Assembly (NCBI GenBank): GCA_043799545.1
Contig: JAZDNO010000006.1
Location: 82,091-146,090 of the forward strand
From: Methanobacteriota archaeon
GTDB taxonomy: Archaea > Thermoplasmatota > Thermoplasmata > SG8-5 > DAIRED01
Direction: 5' to 3'
Length of the DNA: 64,000 nt
How positions within the stretch are numbered: the stretch's first letter is position 1; every line of letters starts with the position of its first letter. The position numbers and the translations under genes were made by a program. Positions 47,333-56,228 of this stretch are shown in pieces. The notes below the pieces were generated by a model. The model ran no database searches, was not told the DNA's origin, and saw only the letters and a program-made list of their open reading frames with translations.

Positions 47333-49543
47333 TCAGCTGTGTTCAAGCCCTATGTTCGAGCATCGAATACGCTCCGATGGTGGCAAATAAATCCGGACTT
47401 GAACCGCAGAATCGCTTCGTTTAGCAATCAAGTTCGATGATTCTGCAAGTTCAAGTCCCCTGCGGCATGAATAGCTGAAAAAATAAAACCTAATGCCGCA
47501 GGCCGGACTTGAACCAGCGACAACTTGATCTTCAGTCAAGCACTCTCCCAGCTGAGTTACTGCGGCACCGTCTCCGGGAAGCCCGCCAGCGTTGCGCTCC
47601 TCTGTGGCGGAGGGGGTTGATTGGACTGCCCCTACATTAAGCTTGCCTTCCCCACCTCTGGTGACCTCGGTGATATTCTCAACAAAGCTCCAGTTCACGG
47701 CGTAGATTTCCGCCCACGTCCCGCGGGTTTCGTTCTCGAACGAGGCGGCCAATACGAACGGCTCCTCCCTCAGCATCGCGAGCGTCTCGTCCGAGACCGG
47801 GGGAAGGCTCATGCCGGCCAGGGAGACCCCGCTGACGCGCATCACGTCGTCCACGAGCACGCAGCCCACGCGGGTCCCGTTCGTTCCGTTTAGTACGTCC
47901 ATGCAGTCGCGCCATTGTGTGGCGTTCCAGATGGCGGCGCCTCCCTCGAACGTCGCCCGGAGTCCCATGGCCTCCAGCTGCGTTCCGAGCCTGTGGTCGG
48001 TTGCGACAGAATATCCAGGGGTGGCGTTCTGGCCAAGCCAATCTAGCGCCGCCAGGTCTTCGTCGCTTATCCGTTCGTCGAAGCCAATCTCAGGCGCCAA
48101 ACGGTAGCTTGCCAGAGCGCTCCCGACAAGCAATGCGACGACCAGGACGGGGACGACGGCGCGCGAACCGACCCTCCAACCCTTTTCATCGATCCAGACG
48201 CCCCTGCCCTCCCACTGTTGCCGTGTGTCCAAGGATGCTGGCCGCAGGTCCGAAATGAATGCCGCATCGCTTCCCCCGACCGTTCCTCCACTCTTGGGCA
48301 GGAAGGGGATGAACCTTCTGGTGGTCTCCATGGAAAAGGCCCTCTCAATGCTTGGCGCAAGCAGGAAAGCCATCCCCATGGCCGCGAAGAGCGACAGTGG
48401 CTCCATCAGGTACTCGAGGTGCCTCTCCGGCAAAAGAATGTCGCTGCCGACTGCGAGCGCAACCGCCATAGAGAGTCCAACCGCCGCGAACCATCCTACG
48501 ATTTCAGAACCCCTTTCAAGCATGGCGGTCCTGCTCAACCCAACAGCGCCGAAGGCCAGGATGGCGAAGACAGGCACAGAATAGACCGCGAGCATGGGAG
48601 TGGCCCTCGATGCTATGGCCGGGCTGTCGGCGATTACCAGCAATGCAATCGTGAAGGTAAGGGCTGAGAACGCGAGTATGAATTTCATTTTTTCATAGCC
48701 TCGCGACACGGGGTCGGAAAGCCAATCCAAGACCGACCTGAACCGTCTCCTGAGAACCAGCAAAGCCGCGGCGAACACCGCATATGCCAGAACGATTGCC
48801 GGCCAGGGGAGCCTGGTTCCTGTTTTCACGAAGGAGAGCACCTCGGTCGCGACGAGCCCCCAGTAAGCGAACGCGAGACATGCGGCGAACGCGATGTATG
48901 CTAGCTGGGCCTTCGAGGGGGCTCGGCGCTGAAGCGCAACCATAGCCGGAAGGGACGCCAGATACAGGTAGGTTGTGAAGTGGTGGGAGCCCACCAGCAG
49001 AGCCGTCGAAGCGATGAGGAGCGCCCAGTCCGCCCTGCCCATCGAGGGCTTGGTCAGCAGGAACATGCATGCCAGGAAGAAGAAATGGCCCATCGTCAAA
49101 GGAGCCGCGTGGCTCGTCTGGTAGACGTGGACGGAATTGACAGCCAAGAGAGCCATGGCGAGAAGCGCGGTTCGGCGCCCCATTCCCGCATTCCTGGCTA
49201 TGAAGTACACGAAGGCCACGGATAGCCCGCCGAACACAGGCGCGACCTTCGTCATCAGCCAGAACGCGTCCGAACCCGTGAGCAGGTGCGGTAATGCCGT
49301 AACCAAATAGAGCACCGGAAAATGCTCGTACGATTGCCCCCATCCGATATATGGCGGGAACAGCGCCCCGTTGTTTATGACCGAAGATGTGAGACCGTAA
49401 TAAATTCCCATATCGCTTCCCCATCCAGAATATATCCAGGCTGGAACTGAGCGAAGGGCGATTGCGAGGGCGCAGAGCCCGATGAAAGCGAGGGCGTGCG
49501 GATTTCGCAGATGCCGCCCGAGAAGCGCCCCCGTTCGAGACAT
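47333..49543 (-). CDS. Polytopic membrane protein with a large sequon-rich extracytoplasmic C-terminal domain, possibly a GT-C-fold glycosyltransferase (ArnT/PMT-like)
   Basis: About 13 TM helices, then a soluble domain with many N-x-S/T sequons. No WWDYG motif, so not a canonical AglB. Start taken at MSRTGALLG; the tracked ORF runs to 49957. The open reading frame continues through tRNA-Phe to 47333. Confidence 0.4.
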   Translation of the reverse strand: MSRTGALLGRHLRNPHALAFIGLCALAIALRSVPAWIYSGWGSDMGIYYGLTSSVINNGALFPPYIGWGQSYEHFPVLYLVTALPHLLTGSDAFWLMTKVAPVFGGLSVAFVYFIARNAGMGRRTALLAMALLAVNSVHVYQTSHAAPLTMGHFFFLACMFLLTKPSMGRADWALLIASTALLVGSHHFTTYLYLASLPAMVALQRRAPSKAQLAYIAFAACLAFAYWGLVATEVLSFVKTGTRLPWPAIVLAYAVFAAALLVLRRRFRSVLDWLSDPVSRGYEKMKFILAFSALTFTIALLVIADSPAIASRATPMLAVYSVPVFAILAFGAVGLSRTAMLERGSEIVGWFAAVGLSMAVALAVGSDILLPERHLEYLMEPLSLFAAMGMAFLLAPSIERAFSMETTRRFIPFLPKSGGTVGGSDAAFISDLRPASLDTRQQWEGRGVWIDEKGWRVGSRAVVPVLVVALLVGSALASYRLAPEIGFDERISDEDLAALDWLGQNATPGYSVATDHRLGTQLEAMGLRATFEGGAAIWNATQWRDCMDVLNGTNGTRVGCVLVDDVMRVSGVSLAGMSLPPVSDETLAMLREEPFVLAASFENETRGTWAEIYAVNWSFVENITEVTRGGEGKLNVGAVQSTPSATEERNAGGLPGDGAAVTQLGECLTEDQVVAGSSPACGIRFYFFSYSCRRGLELAESSNLIAKRSDSAVQVRIYLPPSERIRCSNIGLEHS
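47380..47467 (-). other. tRNA-like remnant with Phe-type acceptor start, T-arm-like copies and an 8-bp hairpin
   Basis: Begins GCCGCAGG like tRNA-Phe and contains GGTTCAAGTCCGG (a T-arm copy), but no foldable cloverleaf. The long hairpin is GCAGAATC...GATTCTGC. More CTTGAAC/GTTCAAG motifs lie at 47320..47360. Confidence 0.35.
47494..47566 (-). tRNA. tRNA-Phe (anticodon GAA)
   Basis: Reverse complement GCCGCAG-TA-ACTC-AGCTGGGA-GAGT-G-CTTGA-CTGAAGA-TCAAG-TTGTC-GCTGG-TTCAAGT-CCGGC-CTGCGGC-A is a perfect cloverleaf with a 7-bp acceptor and a GAA anticodon. Confidence 0.85.
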
Positions 49544-49665
49544 CACGTTCCCCAAGTGCGAAGCCTCCTTCAAATTCGCAACAGGATTTAGTGGTTTTGT
49601 GAGGATATAAGCATATTTGTAAAGCGGTGCCGGGAAGCGCTGAAATGCATATCGTAACCAGCGAC

Positions 49666-49697
49666 ATCTATATATATATAATAGGCTATAATTGGTA
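49666..49697. promoter_or_regulatory. AT-rich divergent promoter region with a (TA)n tract and TATA-like boxes
   Basis: ctatatatatataataggctataattgg lies between the divergent genes starting at about 49543 (minus) and 49727 (plus). It is the most AT-rich intergenic stretch in the window. Confidence 0.35.
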
Positions 49698-49726
49698 AAG
49701 CGCGAGCCTAGCCAAGGAAATAAGTT

Positions 49727-50674
49727 TTGGGGCTTGAGAAGATGTATAGAGGAAGGCGAGGAGAGGGTGGGCGCATAAACCCCTCCCCGAGATGGGGGAG
49801 CGAGGGTGTAGCTTCCACCGTGGGAACGATAATGGCCCTGATGGTTTTCATGGCGATGCTCTCCGTCTTCACTAACCAGTACGTCCCGGTCTGGATGGAG
49901 GACAACGAAGCGAAGCATATGAACGTCGTCGAATCCCAGATGGGAATGCTCAAGCACGGGATTGACACGCAGATACTGGTGGGCCAGCTCGGTGGCGCCA
50001 CGGACATCTCGGTGTACAGTCCCATTACACTGGGTTCGGAGGGCGTTCCGATGTTCGCAGCCCCGACTCAGGGTTATCTGGACGTGCTCCCGGACAGGGG
50101 GCGAAGCACGGTTAATTTCCAGTTCGACCCCAACCCCACGGACCCGACCAGCACACCGGTATCGATTACCTCCTCAAGCACCGGCAGCATAGCCATGGAA
50201 GCCCCGAACCGGTACTACGTTCCGCAGATACTCACATACGAGAACGATGCAATCATCCTCAAGCAGGGCGATGGGGTCATCATGAAGAGCGTTCCCCAGT
50301 TCAGTGTGAGGCAGGAGGGCAACAACTTCCGCGTCTCCTTCACGCAAGTCACTCTCTACGGTGTCAATAAATCGTACGTTGGAAGCGGGACGACCGGGGT
50401 GCACACATCCCTGAGGTACACGAATTCCAGCACGTACAACAACCTCACGACAGATGTCACGATAACGATAACGAGCACGTACGCAAACGCATGGAATGCC
50501 TATTTTAGCGACTACTTGCCCAGAGCGGGTCTCCTTCCGGCGGAATACACGATAGTGCTCAATCCCCCGTTGGCGCCCACACAGCTTGTTCTCACGCTGC
50601 GTATGAACTCTTTCTCCAGCGTCACGGTGAACCAGGCGTATTTCGAAATCCTCATGGGGGAGGTGGGCGAGTAA
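49727..50674 (+). CDS. Type IV pilin-like / FlaF-FlaG-like protein with an N-terminal class-III-signal-like hydrophobic segment
   Basis: A basic N-terminus (RGRRGEGGR) followed by ASTVGTIMALMVFMAMLSVFTNQYVPVW resembles archaeal prepilin/FlaF N-termini. The rest is beta-rich with sequons. First gene of the pilus-like cluster. Confidence 0.45.
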   Translation: MGLEKMYRGRRGEGGRINPSPRWGSEGVASTVGTIMALMVFMAMLSVFTNQYVPVWMEDNEAKHMNVVESQMGMLKHGIDTQILVGQLGGATDISVYSPITLGSEGVPMFAAPTQGYLDVLPDRGRSTVNFQFDPNPTDPTSTPVSITSSSTGSIAMEAPNRYYVPQILTYENDAIILKQGDGVIMKSVPQFSVRQEGNNFRVSFTQVTLYGVNKSYVGSGTTGVHTSLRYTNSSTYNNLTTDVTITITSTYANAWNAYFSDYLPRAGLLPAEYTIVLNPPLAPTQLVLTLRMNSFSSVTVNQAYFEILMGEVGE

Positions 50675-52356
50675 TGGGCCTGAAAGAATCGTACATTGGG
50701 GCGGTGATGAAGGCCGGTTCAAAGAAGATAAAGAAGATGGTCCCCAAAGGCGAGCTGGTCCTGGAGCAGGATTGGAAGGAAGGCCGCGGTTCGCCGCTCT
50801 CCCCAATACCAGAGCTGACGAAAACGACGATGGAGGAGCTGGAGCTGGCTCCGATCAACCCTCCGTTCAGCTATTCGAGGATATTTTACGATTCCGAGAC
50901 CGCAGAATATATATATCAGACCATAGAGCCCCCGATGAGCGACAAGGAGCTGGACCTGCTCCGCCTGATAAAGGACTCGTTGGGCCGGACTCTGGAGTAC
51001 GAGCTGGACAAAATGGGCAACAAGGACAAGGAGGAGTACCTGAAGCGCAGCATAGAGAGCTTCCTGAAAACGCGCAGCCTCAGGATAGACCCCCAGTCAA
51101 AGGAGAAGATTGTGTATTACATAGTCAGAGACTACGTTGGCTACGGCCCGATAGACGTCCTGATGTCGGACCCAAAGATTGAAGATATTTCGTGCGACGG
51201 CGTCAACGTCCCGCTTTTCATATTCCACCAGAAGTACGAATCGATCAAGACGAGCGTCAAGTTCCCGAACGAGGCGGAGCTGAACAGCTTTGTAGTCCAG
51301 CTGGGACAGAGGTGCGGCAAGCAGATTTCCGTCGCCACGCCTATCTTAGACGGTACGACTGGCGAGGGCCACCGCGTCCAGGCGACGTACTCCCGCGAGG
51401 TAACGACCCGCGGCTCGTCGTACACCATCCGCCGTTTCAAGGAGAAGCCTTTCACTCCGGTGGAAATGATAAAGTTCAACACCGCGAACGCGGAGATGAT
51501 AGCATACATGTGGCTGGCGGTCGAGCACGGGAAGTCGATGATAATATGCGGCGGCACGGCGAGCGGAAAAACGGCCACTCTCAATGCGTCCGCCATATTC
51601 ATCGCCCCTGGCAAGAAGATAGTCACGATGGAGGATACGAGAGAGATTAACCTTCCTCACGAAAACTGGATTCCGGGCACGACGCGCACGGGGGTGGGGG
51701 AGCGCGGGCCGGACGGGAAGGCGCCAGGCGAGATAGACATGTTCGAGCTCGTCAGGGCGGCGCTGAGGCAGAGGCCGAACTACATCATCGTCGGAGAGGT
51801 TCGTGGAAAGGAGACCTCGACGATGTTCCAGGCGATGGCTACGGGTCATACGACATTCTCGACGATGCACGCCGACTCGGTGAAGAGCATGGTGACAAGG
51901 CTGGAGAACCCGCCAATCAGCACGCCCAGGATTCTCTTGACGGCGCTGAACTTCGTCATCATCCAGCTCCACGTCCGAGTCAAGGACAGCGAGGTCAGGC
52001 GTATCACCCAAATAGTCGAATTGGTGGGATTCGAGCCCGAAACCAACGAGCTGATAACCAACACGGTCTACGAGTGGGACCAGCGCACGGACTCTTTCAT
52101 CTACAAGGGGCACAGCTTCATCCTGGACGGTCTCATGGAGATGAAGAACATGACCCACGAGGAGATGCAGCGGGAGTTCACCCAGCGCGTGGACGTCATC
52201 AAGTATCTGGTCGAGAAGGACATCACGGATTACAGGGAGATAAACAACCTTATCGTGCTTTACTACAAGGATGCCACGGCGACTGTCACCAAAATAAGGG
52301 AGGAAATGGGCTGGACAGTCCAGGTCCAGATGGAGGGCGGCGAAGTTGGCGCATGA
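50674..52356 (+). CDS. FlaI/TadA-type type IV filament assembly ATPase, copy 1
   Basis: Walker A GGTASGKTATLNA, Asp box MEDTREINLPHENW, Walker B IIVGEVRGKE, His box TFSTMHADSV. An extended N-terminal domain as in archaeal FlaI. Confidence 0.85.
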   Translation: MGLKESYIGAVMKAGSKKIKKMVPKGELVLEQDWKEGRGSPLSPIPELTKTTMEELELAPINPPFSYSRIFYDSETAEYIYQTIEPPMSDKELDLLRLIKDSLGRTLEYELDKMGNKDKEEYLKRSIESFLKTRSLRIDPQSKEKIVYYIVRDYVGYGPIDVLMSDPKIEDISCDGVNVPLFIFHQKYESIKTSVKFPNEAELNSFVVQLGQRCGKQISVATPILDGTTGEGHRVQATYSREVTTRGSSYTIRRFKEKPFTPVEMIKFNTANAEMIAYMWLAVEHGKSMIICGGTASGKTATLNASAIFIAPGKKIVTMEDTREINLPHENWIPGTTRTGVGERGPDGKAPGEIDMFELVRAALRQRPNYIIVGEVRGKETSTMFQAMATGHTTFSTMHADSVKSMVTRLENPPISTPRILLTALNFVIIQLHVRVKDSEVRRITQIVELVGFEPETNELITNTVYEWDQRTDSFIYKGHSFILDGLMEMKNMTHEEMQREFTQRVDVIKYLVEKDITDYREINNLIVLYYKDATATVTKIREEMGWTVQVQMEGGEVGA

Positions 52357-53371
52357 GACCGTCGATGCCTTCAGAAGCCTGGAGGCGAAGGACCAGCACC
52401 TCAAGACGAAGCGCCTTCGCTCGGACGAGGAAAGGGAGGCCGGGCCGCACGTGGTCCTGCTTCCGAAGGGCGCGGTGCCGGAGTACATCAAGCTCACTCC
52501 GTACCAGGAGTTCTGCTGGCGCACCATGGGCAACTACGTCAAGCGTCGTGGCATGAGGGACGAGTTGATGGAGGAGAACCTCGTGAAGGCGCATATGAAG
52601 ATACGCCCCGAGGAGTACTTCGCGCTCATCTACATGACGACCATTATAGCGGCCATAGGAGGCGTCGTGGCTGGCACTGTCATGGCAATATTATTCTTCG
52701 TGGTTTTCACCACCACCGCCATGGTGCTGGGTATTATGTTGACCGTGCTGCCCCCAATCTTGATTCCCATTCTGGTATTCAACGTCCTCAAGGGCTCGCC
52801 GAAGAGCAAGGCGAAGGGCCGCGCGCGGAATATTGATAAAAGGATGGCCAGCGCGATGAGCTTCATTTCCGCGATGGCATCGGCGAACGTTCCCATCGAC
52901 GTGATATTCAAGGAGCTTGGAAGGCAGCCAGTCTACGGCGAAATCAAGTCCGAGGCCGAGTGGATTACCCGTGACACGGAGCTGCTGGGTGTTGACATCA
53001 TCACCGCCGTCAAGAGCGGCTCCCTGCGGTCGCCCTCGACGAAGTTCCAGGACTTCCTCCAGGGCGTCGTCACAACCACGACATCCGGGGGCCAGCTGAA
53101 ACCGTACTTCATGACGAAGGTGGACCAGTTCGAGAAGGAAGACAAGCTTTTGATGAAGCAGACTATGGAAACGCTCTCGATGCTCGCAGAAAGCTACGTG
53201 ACGGTCGTGGTCGCGTTCCCGCTTTTCCTTGTCGTCATCCTCGCGATTATGGCAATCATAGGCGGCACGGCGGCGTCGACTGTAATGATACTATGGCTGG
53301 TAGTGGGACTGATGATTCCGATGGCTATGTTCGGCTTCATATTCGTGATTTGGAACATCAGCCAGGACTGA
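52346..53371 (+). CDS. TadB/FlaJ-like platform membrane protein (T2SS-F domain), first half
   Basis: Cytoplasmic T2SSF-like domain followed by 3 TM helices, 341 aa. Overlaps the ATPase stop by 11 nt. Confidence 0.7.
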   Translation: MAHETVDAFRSLEAKDQHLKTKRLRSDEEREAGPHVVLLPKGAVPEYIKLTPYQEFCWRTMGNYVKRRGMRDELMEENLVKAHMKIRPEEYFALIYMTTIIAAIGGVVAGTVMAILFFVVFTTTAMVLGIMLTVLPPILIPILVFNVLKGSPKSKAKGRARNIDKRMASAMSFISAMASANVPIDVIFKELGRQPVYGEIKSEAEWITRDTELLGVDIITAVKSGSLRSPSTKFQDFLQGVVTTTTSGGQLKPYFMTKVDQFEKEDKLLMKQTMETLSMLAESYVTVVVAFPLFLVVILAIMAIIGGTAASTVMILWLVVGLMIPMAMFGFIFVIWNISQD

Positions 53372-53375
53372 TAGC

Positions 53376-54416
53376 ATGGCCAAACAACAGCAGCAGATGA
53401 CCAATGAGGAGATGAAGAGGGTCGTGATGTCGACCAAGCGCGACCTCACCAGGGTAATCCTTGGCGTCAGCATAGCCGTGGCTATGATATTCGTCATCCT
53501 CGGCGTCCTTAACCTGACCAACCCCCAAGAGTTCGATCACTCGATGAAGGCTTTGAAGCTCAAGGACACCAACCTGGACGGCAGGATAGACTATCTGGAC
53601 ATCAACGCGGGTTACGACAGCAACGGGGACGACGTTCCAGACCAGGGTGAGTACCCCATCAAGCGCTTGGCCAACTTCGTGGTTTTCGCGATGATGGTCA
53701 TGATAGGGCCTTATGCATTCTACAAGTCGAAACAGGATGCCAACATAGTCGCCATCGAGCGCAGGCTTCCAGAGTTCCTCAGGGACGTGGCGGAGGCCGG
53801 GCGCTTCGGCATGACCCTCGCCGACGCCATCGTGGTCGCCGCCAACGGCCGCTACGGCAAGCTTACCATCGAAATCAAGAAGATGGCCGCGCAGATAGAG
53901 TGGGGCGTGCCCGCCTCCGAAGCTCTGAGGCTCTTCGCGGTGCGCATCAACACGCCGGGCGTAAACAGGCTCGTGGCTGTCATCATCAAGGCGAGCGATG
54001 CGGGCGGAAACGTCGCCGACGTTCTGACGATGGTGTCGCACGACGCTCGCGAGACGCAGCTGTCGAAGGACGAGCGGGCGATATCGATGAGCACGTACCT
54101 GGCGGTTGTTTACATCTCTTTCTTCGTTTTCCTCGTGACCATCATCATCTTGAACGCGACGTTCCTACCGAAGATACGCGAGGCGGGAACGATGGTCACC
54201 AGGGCATCGGCCGAGGCGGGGGTTTCCGGCGGAATGGCAACGCTGGACGTCACGGTCATACCCCAGATTGAGCTGGCGTTCTTCGTCTCATCGATGATTC
54301 ACGCGGTCGGCGACGGCATTATGGCCGGCGTGCTGACGAACGGAAAGGTGGCTGCCGGACTGAAGCACTCGTTCATCCTTCTGCTCCTGGGATTCGTCGT
54401 CCTGCAGGTGACCTGA
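53376..54416 (+). CDS. TadC/FlaJ-like platform membrane protein (T2SS-F domain), second half
   Basis: 346 aa with an N-terminal TM segment, a T2SSF-like cytoplasmic domain (RLPEFLRDVAEAGRFGMTLADAI) and C-terminal TM helices. A separate start codon lies 4 nt after the previous stop. Confidence 0.7.
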   Translation: MAKQQQQMTNEEMKRVVMSTKRDLTRVILGVSIAVAMIFVILGVLNLTNPQEFDHSMKALKLKDTNLDGRIDYLDINAGYDSNGDDVPDQGEYPIKRLANFVVFAMMVMIGPYAFYKSKQDANIVAIERRLPEFLRDVAEAGRFGMTLADAIVVAANGRYGKLTIEIKKMAAQIEWGVPASEALRLFAVRINTPGVNRLVAVIIKASDAGGNVADVLTMVSHDARETQLSKDERAISMSTYLAVVYISFFVFLVTIIILNATFLPKIREAGTMVTRASAEAGVSGGMATLDVTVIPQIELAFFVSSMIHAVGDGIMAGVLTNGKVAAGLKHSFILLLLGFVVLQVT

Positions 54417-54426
54417 GGTGAGATGA

Positions 54427-56178
54427 ATGGCGTCCGAGTCCGCGTTGGAGGAAAAGGGGAAGCCCGAAGCCCAGGCCGTGGTGGAAGACGACCAGGCCGT
54501 CGACGAGAGCGGTTTCATGCAGGCGGTGCATTCCGCTCGCGCCAAGCTCGCCAAAAGGATGATGGGCGAGGGCAAGGGCTACAAGATAATGAATGCGAAG
54601 GTGGACGACTCCTTCAAAGGCGAGGTCACAACCATACCCAAGCTAACTGACAAGCACATGAGCGAGATAGAGATTGTGCCGGCTATCAAGGGATTTTCGT
54701 ACATCCGGATTAAGTACGACAACGTTTCCAACGAGTACATCTACGAGGCAATCGAACCGCAGCTCAGCAGCGAGGAGGAGAACCTGCTCTCCATTTTCAA
54801 GGAGATACTCGTGGAGGCGCTGGAGTTTCTGGCGGACACCAGGGTGGAGGCTAAGGAGAAGTACCTCAAGGGGGCCGTCTCCAGCATCCTGGCCGACCTC
54901 GGCATCACGCTCAACCCAGCCTCGAAGGAGCGCATCACCTACTACATCATGAGGGATTTCATCCGCTACGCGGCGCTCGACGTGGCAATGATAGACCCCG
55001 AGGTGGAGGACGTATCCTGCGACGGAGTGAACGTTCCGATATATATCTATCACAGGAAATACGGCTCTATCCAGTCGAACATCCGGTTCAAGACGGCCCC
55101 GGAGCTGGACAGCTTCGTCGTCTGGCTGGCCCAAAAGTGTGGCAAGCACATCTCCGTCGCCGAGCCTATGCTCGACGCGACTATTCCAGACGGCTCGAGG
55201 CTGCAGGCCACGCTGGGGATGCACGTCACCAAGCGCGGCTCCTCATTCACAATCCGCAGGTTCAAGGAGAACCCTTTCACCCCGCTGGACCTCATCCGGT
55301 TCAAGACCATGTCGCTAGACATGATGGCTTACCTCTGGCTCTGCATCGAGAACGGGAAATCGATGCTCGTATGCGGAGGCACTGCGAGCGGTAAAACGAC
55401 CACGCTCAACGCGATTCTTCTGTTCATCCCGCCTCAGATGAAGATTGTCAGCATCGAGGACACGCGCGAGCTGAACCTCCCGCACGAGAACTGGGTCCCG
55501 ACCCTGACCAGGGCAGGTTTCGGCGGGAAGAACCCGGTGACGGGAAAGGCTGCTGGCGAGATAGACATGTTCGACCTGCTCACGGCCGCGCTGAGGCAGC
55601 GCCCCCAGTACCTGATGGTCGGCGAGGTCCGTGGTTCGGAGGCGTACGTCGTGTTCCAGGCCATGGCTACGGGCAAGACCGCATACACCACGTTCCACGC
55701 CGAAGACGTCCAGTCGATGGTCCACAGGATGGAGAACCCGCCGATATCGCTGCCGAGGGCGCTAATCGGGGCTCTGAACCTGGTGATGATGCAGGCACAG
55801 GTGAAGGTTGGCACGAAGATGACGAGGCGCGTCAAGTCCCTCACGGAGGTCGTGGGCATGGACCCCGAGACGAACGAGCTCATTACGAACTCGGTCTACA
55901 CGTGGAACCCGGCGGACGACACGTTCAACTACTCCGGTCACAGCTACATTTACGAGGACATCACGATGAGGAAGAACTGGTCCCCGAGGGAGATGCAGCG
56001 CGAGGTCAAGCGCCGGATAGACGTTCTATCGTGGATGAGCAAAGCCAATATGAACAACTACCGCCAGGTCGCGAGGATTGTCTCCGGGTACTACAAGGAC
56101 AAGGACCGGGTCATCGAGGAGCTCAACAAGTACGCCGCAGACGAAGAGGCTAAGAAGGCTGCGGCCCCGAAAGCGTAG
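54427..56178 (+). CDS. FlaI/TadA-type type IV filament ATPase, copy 2 (paralog of 50674..52356)
   Basis: Walker A GGTASGKTTTLNA, IEDTRELNLPHENW, LMVGEVRGSE, TTFHAEDV. About 55 to 60% identical to copy 1 over the conserved regions I compared by eye. Confidence 0.85.
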   Translation: MASESALEEKGKPEAQAVVEDDQAVDESGFMQAVHSARAKLAKRMMGEGKGYKIMNAKVDDSFKGEVTTIPKLTDKHMSEIEIVPAIKGFSYIRIKYDNVSNEYIYEAIEPQLSSEEENLLSIFKEILVEALEFLADTRVEAKEKYLKGAVSSILADLGITLNPASKERITYYIMRDFIRYAALDVAMIDPEVEDVSCDGVNVPIYIYHRKYGSIQSNIRFKTAPELDSFVVWLAQKCGKHISVAEPMLDATIPDGSRLQATLGMHVTKRGSSFTIRRFKENPFTPLDLIRFKTMSLDMMAYLWLCIENGKSMLVCGGTASGKTTTLNAILLFIPPQMKIVSIEDTRELNLPHENWVPTLTRAGFGGKNPVTGKAAGEIDMFDLLTAALRQRPQYLMVGEVRGSEAYVVFQAMATGKTAYTTFHAEDVQSMVHRMENPPISLPRALIGALNLVMMQAQVKVGTKMTRRVKSLTEVVGMDPETNELITNSVYTWNPADDTFNYSGHSYIYEDITMRKNWSPREMQREVKRRIDVLSWMSKANMNNYRQVARIVSGYYKDKDRVIEELNKYAADEEAKKAAAPKA

Positions 56179-56228
56179 CGCTAGCCATTGTAACAAATTG
56201 AAAATAAAAAGGTTTTGCAGGTTATTAT

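Noticed and set aside
47320-47570. Cluster of repeated CTTGAAC/GTTCAAG motifs, considered as a possible CRISPR-like or regulatory repeat array
   Set aside because: The motif is the tRNA T-loop. The copies have irregular spacing and orientation and sit in tRNA or tRNA-remnant context, so this is not a CRISPR array.
47333-49957. Oligosaccharyltransferase AglB/STT3 identity for the large membrane protein near the pilus genes
   Set aside because: No WWDYG motif or other STT3 signature could be found. Only a generic GT-C-like topology remains, hence the cautious call.
52346-54416. Possibility that the two T2SS-F-domain ORFs are one FlaJ gene broken by a frameshift
   Set aside because: The second ORF has its own ATG 4 nt after the first stop and an independent N-terminus. 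Each half has a T2SSF-like domain plus TM helices, as in bacterial TadB/TadC. It is treated as a genuine split, although an assembly error cannot be excluded.
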